A stretch of 64,000 nucleotides of DNA from Neovahlkampfia damariscottae (lineage: Eukaryota): contig JABLTG010000015.1 in the NCBI GenBank assembly GCA_016618085.1, positions 1 to 64,000 on the forward strand, in the 5' to 3' direction. The notes beneath the pieces were generated by a model. That model saw only the letters and a program-made list of their open reading frames with translations. It searched no databases and had not been told where the DNA came from. Below are positions 1 through 12,679 of the stretch, in pieces. Made by a program: the position numbers and the translations under genes. Positions within the stretch are counted from its first letter, which is position 1; every line of letters starts with the position of its first letter.

Positions 1-1121
1 TATTCAGGAAATAACTGTGAACTGAACGTTTGCTTTGGAAAACCATCAAATGATCCTCAAGTTTGCTCTGCTCATGGTTCATGTACAAGTCCAAATGATT
101 GTACATGCACTTCTGGATACTCAGGACGACAATGTGAACTTGTAATTTGTAATGGAAAAAATTCATCAGATCCAAAAGTTTGTTCAGGACACGGTTCATG
201 TACTGGACCAGATACCTGTCAATGTAACACAGGGTACTCAGGTGTTTTATGTGACTTAAATGTTTGTTTTGGAATTGATTCATCAAGTCCACAAGATTGT
301 TCAGGACACGGTTCATGTACTGGACCAGATTCCTGTCAACGTAACACTGGTCACTCTGGAGCTAAATGTGAATTGAATATTTGCTTTGGTAAATCTTCAA
401 ATGATTCAATTGTATGTCTTTCAAGAGGTTCATGTACAAGTCCAGATACTTGCACATGTAACGCTGGATACTCAGGTGCTGGATGTGAATTAACTGTTGT
501 CATGGAAAAACTTCAGCAGATTCAGATGTTTGTTCAGGAAAAGGTCAATGTAACTCTCCAGACCAATGTACATGTAATGCTGGTTATACAGGAACAACAT
601 GTGAACATACAATCTGTTACGGAAAACAATCAGATGATACTCAAGTTTGTTCAGCTCATGGAACTTGCTCAGGACCAAATAATTGTGTTTGCTCAGCAGG
701 ATACACTGGAAACCAGTGCCAAACAGTTACCTGTTTCGGAAAAGGATCTACAGATTCAACTGTTTGTTCAGGTCAAGGTACATGTACTGGAGTCGATACT
801 TGTAGTTGTAAAAATGGATATACTGGAAATCAATGTGAAAATTCTCCTCCAACAATGTCACCTACTCCTTCGATGTCAAAAGCTCCAGAAATTACATGCT
901 ATGGTATAAAATCTACTGATTCTACTGTTTGTTCTGGAAAAGGCAGTTGCATATCTCAAGACACTTGTAAATGTAACGCTGGATATGGAGGTGATAAATG
1001 CGATGCAGAATATTGCTTTGGAAAACCAAAAACAGATCCTGCAGTTTGTTCTGGAAGTGCTTCAAGATTTTCAATTTCATTTCTTCTTTCTCTTTTCTTG
1101 TTTGTTGTAATCATGTTGTAA
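1..1121 (+). CDS. EGF-like/tenascin-type Cys-rich repeat surface protein, 5'-partial, with a 1-nt frameshift (possible pseudogene)
   Basis: 39-aa repeats CFGKxSNDPxVCSGHGSCTxPDTCxCNxGYSGxxCE in frame 1 from base 1. One T is missing at 498/499 and the repeats continue in the frame of ORF 855..1121. Hydrophobic C-terminus (GPI/TM-like). Confidence 0.85.
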
Positions 1122-1493
1122 TAAATCTTCTTTCTAAAAATTTTACTTTGATGTATTCAGCCTGTTCTTTCTATTCTTGGAGACTTTTTAATCTAATCCG
1201 GATGATTGCTGTTAAATAAAGTCCGAAAGGAGATGAGACCGTATAATATACCTCAAGATTTTCTTTCTGAATAACAAAAAAAAATGCTGTTTACAAGGCT
1301 ATTGGCTACAAGTTTTAGATAGTTTTATTCTGTTTTAATACAACACTGAAACTCATGTCCAAAACATGGACATGACCAAAAATGAGTGATAAATCTGAAA
1401 TTTTGGAGCCCTTTCTTTGTAATACTCTTTGAATTTAATATTTCTTTGACAATTATGTTGGTGAGTTTAGAAAAATCCGATTGGAAGAATTCG

Positions 1494-1738
1494 ATGGTTG
1501 AGGTTGAAGTGAAAGAGGTGCATTTTTTTGTTTTAGTTCATGGAAACCACGGACAAAAAGAAGACTTTAATGAAATTGAAAAAGTTATCTCATCAATAGA
1601 AGAATACAAAACAATCACAGTAAAATATCAAAATAATAAAAAATTGGTTAAAATCAGAAGTCAATGACAATACTCATTTAGGAATAGAAGTAGGAGGTAA
1701 AAAATTAGCAAAAGAAGTACAATCAAAAGTCACTTGAA
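1494..1738 (+). pseudogene. Truncated DUF676-type alpha/beta hydrolase (lipase-like) fragment
   Basis: HFFVLVHGNHG, then THLGIEVGGKKLAKEV in another frame. The intron from 1620 has no frame-restoring AG, and no GxSxG motif follows. Confidence 0.55.
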
Positions 1739-2056
1739 ATTTTCAACGAATCCCTTCAAAAACAAATCAAAAAGATGGAACGGAAAACTAAATGATCCAA
1801 GTTATGAGTAGATCAGAAACCTAAATTAAATACAATTTATTTTTTAGCTCTTTTGAAAACTTCAATTTCAGATACAGTAAAATTATAAGAACCAGCTAAA
1901 AAGTTTTTAGCTCCATTTTGACCATAAGTTTGACCTTCTATTTAAAAATAATTTGAATTTACCTGGACAAGTGAATGAATGTCCCAAATTTGAAAAATTT
2001 GAATTTCCTGTATTGACTACCTAAATGAAACAAAATTGAATTTTTCAAAAATTTAT

Positions 2057-2725
2057 TTAAACATAACATCTTCCTTGACATCCCAAACAATCTGATTTGT
2101 AATGAATCTCAAGTTTATCACAAGGTCCAAAAGTACCTTGACCACCCTTTCCTTTACATAAATCACAGCTTTTTAATACTCCATTAACAAATCCTGAACC
2201 AAGACAACATGGACAGTCTCTTTTGTAATGCATGTCACCTTTTGGACAAGGTCCAAATGTACCTAAACATCCTTTAGCGTTACATTTTGGACATTTTTCT
2301 TGTTGTGGTTGATAGTTTTGTTGTTGGTTATTTTGTTGTTGATAATTTTGTTGTTGATTAAAACCCATGTTCATATTTTGTTGGTTCATGTTTTGATTAA
2401 AACCAATATTCATACCTTGTTGGTCAAATCCAACAGATACTTGAAATCCACCAATACCTTGGTTTTGTCCATAACCTTGGTTATAGTTTTGTTGTTGATT
2501 TTGACCATATCCCTGATTGAAGTTTTGTTGATTTTGGTTTTGACCGTATCCTTGGTTAAAGTTTTGTAATTGTTGATTTTGGTTTTGTCCATAACCTTGG
2601 TTATATTGTTGTTGGTTTTGACCATAACCTTGGTTAAAGTTTTGTAATTGTTGATTTTGGTTTTGGTTATAGCCTTGGTTATATTGTTGTTGGTTATTAT
2701 TTCCGTACCCTTGATTGAAACTCAT
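2057..2725 (-). CDS. Q/N-rich low-complexity protein with C-terminal DnaJ-type CxxCxGxG zinc-finger repeats
   Basis: ATG at 2725 (MSFNQGY), seven NQGY(G/N) repeats, then CPKCNAKG, CPCCLGSG, CDLCKGKG and CLGCQGR. Confidence 0.8.
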   Translation of the reverse strand: MSFNQGYGNNNQQQYNQGYNQNQNQQLQNFNQGYGQNQQQYNQGYGQNQNQQLQNFNQGYGQNQNQQNFNQGYGQNQQQNYNQGYGQNQGIGGFQVSVGFDQQGMNIGFNQNMNQQNMNMGFNQQQNYQQQNNQQQNYQPQQEKCPKCNAKGCLGTFGPCPKGDMHYKRDCPCCLGSGFVNGVLKSCDLCKGKGGQGTFGPCDKLEIHYKSDCLGCQGRCYV

Positions 2726-3042
2726 TTTGTTAAGTGTGGAAACGTAGATTTGGAAACTATTCCGAAATTTATTGGTCAATTTCCTTCTAATTTACTCTAT
2801 CATTGTCCAATGATGTTGTGAACGGAGAAAATATTGAGATTTGGATTTTCTTTTTTCTAAAAATAATTTGGAATCATCATATGTCTTCAAAGTGACAAAA
2901 CCTATGTGAGAACATGATTTAAAAGGTTGATTTTAGATGACAGGTAATCTTTTCAAATAGTGATCAATTTCTAATTCATGTACTTTGAATCACACTTTAA
3001 TTAACTCAGAATATTTCCTCCAATGACACAGTTTTTTCCAAA

Positions 3043-4317
3043 ATGGGAAGAAAATCAACTGGATACAGTTCAAGCCATGACAAAAAATTAGAATTGATCA
3101 CAAAAGAAAGAATACAATTTGAAGAAATGGAAGATACAGAAAAAATAGAAATTCTGAAACGAAAAATTGAAGCAACTTCAAAAAAACAACTTAATGAAAC
3201 AAAATTAACAACTTTCTCAAAAAACTTGTGCATTGCAGAATCTTTGATAACAGCTTATTTAAATCCAGATTTTAAAAAAGTTCTTGATCATTTTAAAACA
3301 AGTTATGAAATTAAAACTCATCAATCTTTCTTGTCCAGTACAAACTCAATAGATCAACCTGAAGAAAATGTTTTTGAATTAAGTGATTCAAACGAAGATA
3401 TTGTTCAAGAAAAAGAGGAATTTCCTGTGGAAGAGTTCAAAACAAATCAAAGATTGAAAATTAAAATTATTCTGACTGAAAATTTGAGAACCATGAAACA
3501 GAAAACACTTCGACGATTAGCAGCTCCTTTTATTCATAAATTAGGTGTTGGAGATACAAATTTAGGACTTATTCATTCCGCCATTTCCATTGGACCTTGG
3601 TATCTGGTATTTTTTTTTTTTTTAACATTCGATAGGAATGGAACAATACTGAATTATGTGTTCCAAAAAAATTTTATTCAGGTTCTTCATTACTCGTTAT
3701 TGACATTAAACATTCATATGAAATGGTTGATATTGAAAAAATCATTGAAGTTTTGGCAGAAGTAATAACAAGATGGAACACACTTCATTCTTATGAGAAA
3801 TTACACAATAATTGTCAAACCTTCATTGATGATGTTTTAATGTCTTTAGATATAGAAACTGATTTAAAATTGGAAGGATATATAAAAAAATACATTCAAA
3901 ATTTGAGATTAACTGGTGAATGTCCAGTTGATTATCAAATACCGGAAATTATACAAGAAAAATGTGGATTTAAGGAAAATAAAATAACCTTTGAGACTCA
4001 TAAACAACTAGATGAGTTTTTAAATACAGTGTTGGAATATTACCCAACATTCCCAATTGAAGATCTTGGATATGATTTGTTAAAAGGATTTGATCGCGGT
4101 TTTTGGTTGCGTCATTATAAATCACCACTTTCTGAAGATTTTATTCCAGCACAGAATGAATATGCGAAATGTCTTTGTCCTTTTGACAATCCAAAAAATA
4201 CAAAAAGGTAATTTGTGACTGTTTATTAATTTTTCAAGTTTTTATGGCGATGATTGGTCTGAAGAAAAAAGTTTAATACAACTTGTTGAAGATGCAATTA
4301 AATCACCAAGGAAATGA
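3043..4317 (+). CDS. Permuted papain-like (PPPDE/LRAT-like) peptidase-domain protein
   Basis: Introns 3607-3635 and 4209-4239 join the ORFs. HSAISIGPWYLEWN and YEKLHNNCQTF fit the His...NC catalytic arrangement. Confidence 0.6.
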
Positions 4318-4356
4318 AAAATAAATTCTTATTCATTATTTTGTTAGATTTGAATT

Positions 4357-7300
4357 TTACGAAGATGAGATTTGATTGATAAATTGAAGCATTTGAATTG
4401 CTTTTTTATACTCAATTAAATCCTTTGTCAAACAATCAATGCATTGTTCCAAAATTGCTTTTGTATTATTGATGAATTTATGGTTCTAAAAAAAATTAAT
4501 GAAAAAGTGAAATTACAATTTCAATATCATGATTTGTGTCTGACATTTGATTTGAAATCCATTGAAACAATTGAACAGGCATATGACTTAATAAAGGAAG
4601 ATTTTTTTTGTCAGTGCTTAAATGTTGAAAAATCAAACCGAATCTTGATCTAGCAATTTCAACCATCATTTTACCAACTTTAATTTTATCTTTAACTTTC
4701 AAGAGAATAACAGAAGCATCTTGATCTTCATATTTTTGATATTTTTCTTTGATGTACATTATATGAACAAAATCTCTTGAAATATCAAAAGAATCACATA
4801 ATTTTAATGTTTGTTTCAATTCTAATTGTGATAATCTCACTAAATAATCCTTTCTTAATGATTTTTGATTTTGTTTTTCTTTCATTGTTTTCTTTGGAAC
4901 ATTTGGGAACAAATAATTCAATGATTCCATTGAAAATAATCGATAAAGATTGAATTTTGGATAAGATTGACATTCATAAATGATTTCAATAAAAGATAAA
5001 AGACTATACAATTCATTGAAAATGAAATCCAATTCTAGAACTTCTTTTTGTAATTTGATGATTTTTTTGGAATGCTCATCATCATTTATAACTTTGATTT
5101 CTGATGAACATTGTTTAAACAATTTAGTTAGATGTACAATTTTGAATTTTAAATTTTCATCTTTGTGATTGATTTGTGATTCCAAAAATATTAAATCTAA
5201 ACTTTTTGATGAAGAAATCAATTCTTTCAATTGTATTAAACAACAAGCTGATTTAACTGATTTGCTTAATTTATTAAAGTATTCAAGAGCATCTTCATAT
5301 TTTTCATTTTTGAAAGATATTGAAGAAGAATAGAAATTGATCAAATCATGTGAATTATTGCTCGGAAATTTCTGAATCAAAATTTCTAAATTGGTTTTTT
5401 TTCTTAAGTTTTCAATTCCAAATAATTCATAAATTTCAGTTTCTTTTCCGAATGTATTTAAACTCAATCCATTTTTAACAGAGTCTTTTAAATAAAATTG
5501 AAGTAAAAAAATTTCATTCAAACGAGAACTCATAGAATTGAAATTTTGAATCTAATAATAAATTGAAAAATAAAAATTAAAACCTCTTCTTTGCATAAAT
5601 TTATCAATAGGATTGAATTTGATGAATTCTTCGTTTCTTTACAGTATTTTGTAATTTTTGTGAAAATTCTATTTTTTGGGTCTTTTATCAATTCCATAAT
5701 GTCTAATATTAATTTTGGTGGAATTCTCAATAAAAGCTTGACAGGAATTGAAAGAAATGCTTCACAAAAAAGTTCCTAAAAAAAATCAATCAAAAAAGAA
5801 AATTACTTGTAAATCATTATTGGATAATTTCACAATTGAGCTAACAGTTTTGAATAAATCCATTTGACCAAATAGCATTGATTTAAAAAAGTATGAAGCA
5901 GTTTTTGTATTTTTTACTTTGATTTGTTCTTGAGTTATTTCAAATGATTGCAAAAATGAAAAAGCGTCGATTCTCTTCGGAAATGTTGGATTTGGCATAT
6001 CAAATTGATCAAATTGATTCACTAACTCTTTTGATATATAATTTGACCATTCATTCATCAATAAAGTTTCATTTAGTTCAAAATTATCATCTTCTAAATA
6101 TTGATATGATTCTAATAATTTAAAACGATTTTGAAGATATTGTGTGAAATAAGAAACTCTTGGACTAACAAAATCTGATGAAGAAGCTGATTTTGTGTAT
6201 TCAATTTGCATTTTACATGAAAATTGTGAATCTAACTTTTCCAATGCTAAGATGATATACTTTTCTGATTTTATCAATTGAAAATATTGTTTTGCATCAT
6301 CAATAGACTTATTGTCAACTCCTTTCAAAAATTTCTCATAAAAATGAACATCTGAGTTCACATCTTCTGACATTGTATCCAAAATATTCTCATATTCCGA
6401 TATTCTAATTAATGAACCATCTGAAGTAATCAAGATTGAATTTCCAGGTGGTGATATTTCATCTTGTTCAAATTCTTCACCAATTTGATCTGGTAATTGA
6501 ATCAAAACTGAATTATTCCAGAATTTCATTTGTTGTTCTCTTTTTAAAGTTGCAAGATTCCAAAATTCAATGATACCTTTCTTTGGAGCATAAATAACAA
6601 CAAACAACTTTTTTTCAGTCAACATCCAACTGACATTTGCATTTCGATATCCTTTAAAGATTTTCATTATGGTATGAGTCAACAAATCATAAATTATAAC
6701 TCTTCCAAGATTATCAGTTGTCAGTACAAATTTTAAAGTTGGATCAATTAAAATGGTTTTCATTTCACGTGGAGTGTCATCAATTTTCAAATTCAAAGAA
6801 ATGGGATTCGAATTTGGTATTTTTTCACTTTTTTTTTTTTCAATTTCTTCTTCTTCTTCACCACCCCAAATTAGATTTTTAGCAAATGAAAAAACAGCAC
6901 TTGAAACTTTTGAAGCAACTTTTGAGGCAATTTTGGAAGCACTGATAAAACTGTCTTGTCCTTCTTTACTTGTATACATTGCCAATGATGGTTGTAATCC
7001 AACTCCAATGATACAATCAACACTTTTAGATTTATAAAATTCTAAAACATTTGTTGATGTTTCTTTACTCCAAATTGCATCATTTATTTTTTCTTGACCA
7101 TTCAAATACCATTTCTTGTATGAAAAATTAGAAACATCATCCAAATCATCCAAATTCTTTTTTCTGATTAAAAAATCAATCAATGAAGTCCCATTTATTT
7201 TGATAAAAAACCTTGAGTAGATCACAAACAAATCATCTTTTGAGTTTTTAATTTTAACAACTGGAGCATTTGAAAAGATTTCTTCATGTAATTTTTGTCC

Positions 7301-7663
7301 TTTAAAATTAAAAATAAGAACATTTCCTTCTGAAGTTCCAATAAAAAAAAAATATTTTTCTTTGATTTTTTGTCTTGAATTATTTTCATTTGCTGAAAGA
7401 TTTAAAATTAAAGAACAGGTAATTTTTTCGAAATCTTGACATATATTTTTAATTTCTTCTATTTCTTGTTTTTCAGATGGATTCAGTGGGTCAAATTTGA
7501 CATAAATTAATTTTTTTTCGTGAGCAAACGAAATTAGTTTGGAATCTCTTGAGACAGCAATTGAACATTTTGTTAACCAATTTTCATCTTCATTTTCCTC
7601 TTCTTCAAAAATTCGTTTTTTAATCGAACTTGGAAAAAGAGCACAAAATTTGTTCAACTTCAT
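4357..7663 (-). CDS. RAB3GAP2: Rab3 GAP non-catalytic subunit
   Basis: TDNLGRVIIYD, KIFKGYRNANVSW and VIYAPKKGIIEFW match the RAB3GAP2 N-terminal domain. Three short GT-AG introns join ORFs 5786..7663, 5530..5730 and 4496..5533 to a last exon ending at 4357. Confidence 0.85.
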
Positions 7664-7685
7664 CGTTTTTTTTAAAAAAAGGAAT

Positions 7686-7711
7686 GATTGGTTTAATAAA
7701 CTCCGACCAAT
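7686..7711. promoter_or_regulatory. Bidirectional promoter with two opposed CCAAT boxes
   Basis: The 75-bp gap between divergent RAB3GAP2 and ABC1 ATGs contains GATTGG and CCAAT. Confidence 0.55.
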
Positions 7712-7738
7712 TAATCAATTTCTTCGACTTTAACAAAA

Positions 7739-9535
7739 ATGTTGAAGAAAGTGAAATTGAAGAGTTTAAAAAACTTGGCAAAAAAAAGTTTTTCCAGCTC
7801 AAGATGTTTAAAAAACTCAAAATTCACTCAAGAGATGTCATCGGATATAACTAAACCAAGTTTAATCAAAAGAACAAAAGAGTTTATCATACGACCACCT
7901 CCAATGCCATATAATTTTTATCGATTTGTTTTTTGGACAACAACTTTCGGTTTTTTTGGTTGGATTGTTTCTTTGTTGGTTGTTGGTTTCTATTTTCTTT
8001 TCAAATCAGTAACTGACAAAAGACAAGAGGAACAAGATTTAAAATTGTATGAAAAAGAGAAAGAAAAAATTAAAATTAGTGAAAATCATGAAGAAGACCA
8101 CAATTTAGACTTTTATGAAAATTTTAACATTTTTCACCGAATTTACAGATTTTTTTTGTTAACCTTAAGAATCTTTCAACTTGGTTTAATATTCAGTCCA
8201 AGTTTAATTTTATTTCCACTTTCTTATTTTTCAAATTTTTTATTCAAAAATGTTTTTTGTAAATATTTTGTTTTTGCTTTAAGCTCATCTGGAGCATGTT
8301 TTATTAAACTAGCTCAATGGATAGGTTCAAGAAGAGACTTATTTAATGATGATTTAATTGATGCTTGTTCTGAAATGCACTCAAATGCTCCGTCACATTC
8401 CTTTTCACAAACGAAAAAAATAATTGAATCAATCTATGGAGAAAAACTTGAAAATCTATTTGAATCATTCGTTGAAGAGCCAGTTGCTTCTGGTTCAATT
8501 GCTCAAATCCATATTGCGTCATTGAAAAATCAACCAGAAGAAAAGAAATGGTGCGTGATTAAAGTTAGACACCCAAATGTTGAAGATCATATTTATAGAG
8601 ATTTATACATTTTGAAGAAATGTGCAGTTGTGTTTGACTTTTTATTTCCTTCATTCTCATTTATCAATGTGATGGACATGGTTGAAACATTCTCCAAATC
8701 AATGAATTCACAAACAGATTTAAGAAATGAAGCGAGAAATTTATTAAAATTCAACCATAATTTTAGAAGATATGATATTGTATTTCCAAAACCGATTCCT
8801 GAATTTACTGTTCATTCTTCAGTTTTGGTTGAAACTTATGAAAGTGGAATTCTTCTGACAAAACAACTTCAAAATTTACAAGAATTATCAATGCATCAAA
8901 AAAATGAAATTGCACGTTTAGGAACAAGTTTATATCTAAAAATGATGTTAGTTGATAATTTTGTTCACGCAGATTTACATCCTGGAAATTTGTTGGTACG
9001 ATCATTGGACGAAACCAAATTGAATTTAGTAGTTTTGGATGCAGGATTAGTTTCTGAATTGAGTGAACAAGATAAAAAGAATTTCATTGATCTATTTGCA
9101 ACTGTGGTTGAAGGAAATGGTATTGCAGCAGCAGAATTAATGGTTAAAAGAGCTAGAAATTATGAACAATTAAAACTCAATCCAGAGAACATAAAGAACT
9201 TCACTTATCAAATGGCAATGATTATCAAAGATGTGAATGAAAAACCACTTCAAGAATTGGATGTTGGAAATATATTGAACCAAGTTTTGGAAATGGGAAA
9301 AAAATATGAAGTAGTGATTGAACCTAATTTTACGACATTAGTTCTTGGAACTATAGTGATTGAAGGATTGGGAAAAACTTTAAATTCCAATTTTGAATTC
9401 ATTAAAGCAGCAAGACCTTTTTTAATTCAAGATAAAAATATACGCGATGCTTATATCACATCACAATTGGTGCAATTGAAAAATAAAAAACTGTCAAAAA
9501 AAATCATGGAGTGGTTTGATTTGATGTTTGGTTAA
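7739..9535 (+). CDS. ABC1/UbiB (ADCK2-like) atypical kinase, probably mitochondrial
   Basis: IKLAQW, ASGSIAQIH, VIKVRHP, HADLHPGN and LDAG motifs. Basic N-terminus; intronless. Confidence 0.9.
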   Translation: MLKKVKLKSLKNLAKKSFSSSRCLKNSKFTQEMSSDITKPSLIKRTKEFIIRPPPMPYNFYRFVFWTTTFGFFGWIVSLLVVGFYFLFKSVTDKRQEEQDLKLYEKEKEKIKISENHEEDHNLDFYENFNIFHRIYRFFLLTLRIFQLGLIFSPSLILFPLSYFSNFLFKNVFCKYFVFALSSSGACFIKLAQWIGSRRDLFNDDLIDACSEMHSNAPSHSFSQTKKIIESIYGEKLENLFESFVEEPVASGSIAQIHIASLKNQPEEKKWCVIKVRHPNVEDHIYRDLYILKKCAVVFDFLFPSFSFINVMDMVETFSKSMNSQTDLRNEARNLLKFNHNFRRYDIVFPKPIPEFTVHSSVLVETYESGILLTKQLQNLQELSMHQKNEIARLGTSLYLKMMLVDNFVHADLHPGNLLVRSLDETKLNLVVLDAGLVSELSEQDKKNFIDLFATVVEGNGIAAAELMVKRARNYEQLKLNPENIKNFTYQMAMIIKDVNEKPLQELDVGNILNQVLEMGKKYEVVIEPNFTTLVLGTIVIEGLGKTLNSNFEFIKAARPFLIQDKNIRDAYITSQLVQLKNKKLSKKIMEWFDLMFG

Positions 9536-9670
9536 AAAATTAAACATTTGAACTGTTCAAAAGTTATATACTCAAACTGTTCATTCCTTTTTGCAATTTC
9601 TGTTGAGGAAAAATTTTCAGAACGATCATTTGTTGATTTTCCGGAATGACCAATGAACAGCTGAGACAAA

Positions 9671-12527
9671 ATGAGTGTGGTCACACAAGTAGAAATACTC
9701 ATCACCTATTTTCAATGTAACAAACAATACATATTAAAGAAGTAGACTTAGGAATGATGGTTTCATTAGCTTTTCATAACTTTCCAGAGTCAGCAAAGTT
9801 CTTCGCAATTTTCATTGATGGATTGAAAGTATCTCCAAATATTTTTTTTACTTTAAAAGGCTCTTTTTGATTTGATACCTGATTATTCTTTGGATCAAAG
9901 AGCGGAATATGTCATCCTAATTGGTTTAATTCCGTTGTTTCTTGTAATTATTGGAGGAATACCATGGAAATCTGCTCATTTTAGTATTATTTATACTTCT
10001 TTATTAGTTATATTGATTCAATTGTTTTTTTCGTTGTCATTTTTTATGTACGTGGAAAATAATTTTGAATCAAAATACGGAACTGTTGTTGGAAGAGATA
10101 TACCTTCATTTGTCAAGTACACACTTTTTTATTATAATTCTTTGATATCTTTTGGTATATCAGCAGTTGGATTATTATTAATTTTAGTATATGCAATCAT
10201 TTATTCAATTATTTCCATTTTGAAATACAGATCCAAAATGTTAAAAAAAAATGAAAAAGAAAAAGAAAATGAAAATGAAGAAGAAGAAAGGGTTGAAGAA
10301 AACACTTACGAAAAAAGAAAATTGAAGTTTGATTTGATATCTTACATTCAAAGATTATTTTCGACGTTTCTTTATCTTTTTTTGATTCTTGACTTTATTT
10401 TAGTATTTATTTTATATTTAATTGGTTATTTAAATATAAAATCAACCGGATCCGCTTCAAGTTATTTCACATATTTTGTTGAAATTGACCCAATTATGAC
10501 GTATCTTGCTATTTTCATGGGAATTGTGATTGTCTTTCTAATTTTTGTTTTTATTTCCAGTTTATTTTATGGATTATCAACAATATTTCGTTTTGTCAGA
10601 AAGATTTCTTTCATAATCAATGAATTTTTCAGGCAATATGGATTGAAAATCATTTGGATTTTTTTTGTCACTTTCTTATCTTCCAATTTCAAAAACAGTT
10701 TATGGAATGTATGTATGCAATCAAGAAATTTGTCCTGTGAATTATCATTCAAGAGATCTACCTTTGAAAGTTACAAGAGTTGCATCTTCCTATCAAGGAA
10801 ATTTCAATACAACAAATAATGGAGCTTGTATGAGTTGTGGAATACCAAATCCTGCGTTTGCTTGTCCAACTGGTATGTATGACTCTTTATGTACAGGCTC
10901 TTCAACATTAAGATTACAAGTAGATCCTGCCATAACTTGTGGTGGATCTTTTTTTGCATTATTTATTCCTCTTGGAATAATTTTGACTATTTTTGTTGTT
11001 GTGGGTTTACCTATTCTTGGGTGTTATTCCATAACACATGCAACATACTATTTGCAAAAAACCAAAGTACAGCATTTACTGGACACTGAAGAATATCAAA
11101 GAAAAGTCAAGAAACATATTGCTGAACAAAAGAGTGTAGCCAACGAGATTGAATTGAATGAAGCTGATTTTGATACTCAAGATGTTGAATTTGACAAGAA
11201 TGTACCTGATAAATCACTTTCAAATCGTCTAATGAACAAAATTGGTTTGGGATCAAAACCAATTAAAGAGGAAGAAGGTGAATCATCAAAATTGAATCAT
11301 TATTGGAATTTGATACTTTTCATTTTTGGTTTCAAGTATTCACCAAAAAAGTGGAAATATGCAATGTACGTTTCTCCATCCGGTATCAATGGTTTTTTTG
11401 ATGCTTATACTTTTTGGTTTCGTTATTGGGGTGTGTGGAAATTGATAGAAAAATTTTGTCTTGCCATTGTAGTTTTATTTTTCTTCCCATTTGGAGCAGT
11501 CTCTTCAGGAATCGGATTGGGAATCACATTAGTAATTCATATGATTTCAATTATTGCTACAATTATATTTCGACCATACAATGCTTTTCTATCAAATATT
11601 TTGTCAATATTTTGCAGCATTTTTTTGATTCTTAGTACAATTTACATTTTGATTTCATCAGTATTTCAATTACCTCCAGAGTTATCAATCATTGTTTTAG
11701 CATGCAATGGAGTTGCTGGGATTTTTGGAATCATAACAACCATTTTGAATGGAGCATTTGATGCTTATTTTTCTTTCAAAGCTTTAAAATTACAAAAAAT
11801 TTTCAAGAAGAAATATCCAGATGAGAATCAAGAACATCAAAAACACAATAAGATTATAAAAAGTAAAATCAACGAAAATGTAATTTCAAATGTTTCAAAC
11901 TACATATTGGTTTATGGAGCCGTCACATTAACAATTGTTTTGACAATTATTCTTGCTGTTGTTTCAACAACAAAATTCGAAAATTTAAGTCAAGACTCAT
12001 TGATTGAGTTATTTACAGGAATAGTTGCAATGAAACCATTTGAATCTGAAGGATTAGACAGAGCACAATATGCAAAAAATACTTGTAATCAAACAATACC
12101 TGATGAATACGGTAAATTTACTTCTCTCAACTAATTTTTCAAATTAGCTGGTTATGGAAACTGGAACAAGTTTGTAGAAAATTGTTGCTGCACAAATGGA
12201 GGGAATGTGGCACAAAATGATATTACTACTGTTAGAGTTGAACAGTGGTTTTGTAACAATGGAATAATAAAAAGAAGAGTAAGAGAAACAATACATGGTC
12301 AATCAAGTGCTGTTTATACTGGATATGCAGCAAGAGATTTTTGTGCAGCCGATTTTAAACCTGGATTTTCAAGGTACTGTGCTGAATTGGATGCTGAACA
12401 AAAACTATACCCAACCATTAAAATACAGATTCCTGATGATTTATTGGGTGAAAGATTCGTCTATTGGAATGGCACAAATCAAAACGCTGACGGAAGTTTA
12501 CAGGATTTGGGACTTTTGTTCTGGTGA
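9671..12527 (+). CDS. Large multi-pass membrane protein with Cys-rich loops (TRP-like C-terminal TM bundle); frameshift in a T8 run
   Basis: ATG at 9671, introns near 9717-9745, 9828-9858 and 12112-12147. FFDAYTFWFRYWGVWKLIEK and FRPYN motifs. ORFs 9872 and 10665 differ by one extra T at 10659-10666. Confidence 0.65.
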
Positions 12528-12679
12528 TTCATAAATAAAATATTAATTATTAATAATTGACCATAAATCAAATAACAATGATTCATGTCATTCTTTGAAT
12601 CATAATTAGTTAATTTTGAATGATAAATTGTCTTTGTGGAAAATGTGTTAAAATCGTCGGAAAAATAACCTCCAATGAA

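Noticed and set aside
1353..1375. 9-bp hairpin TCATGTCCA-AAACA-TGGACATGA
   Set aside because: Isolated and short; may occur by chance in 64 kb, and no function can be supported.
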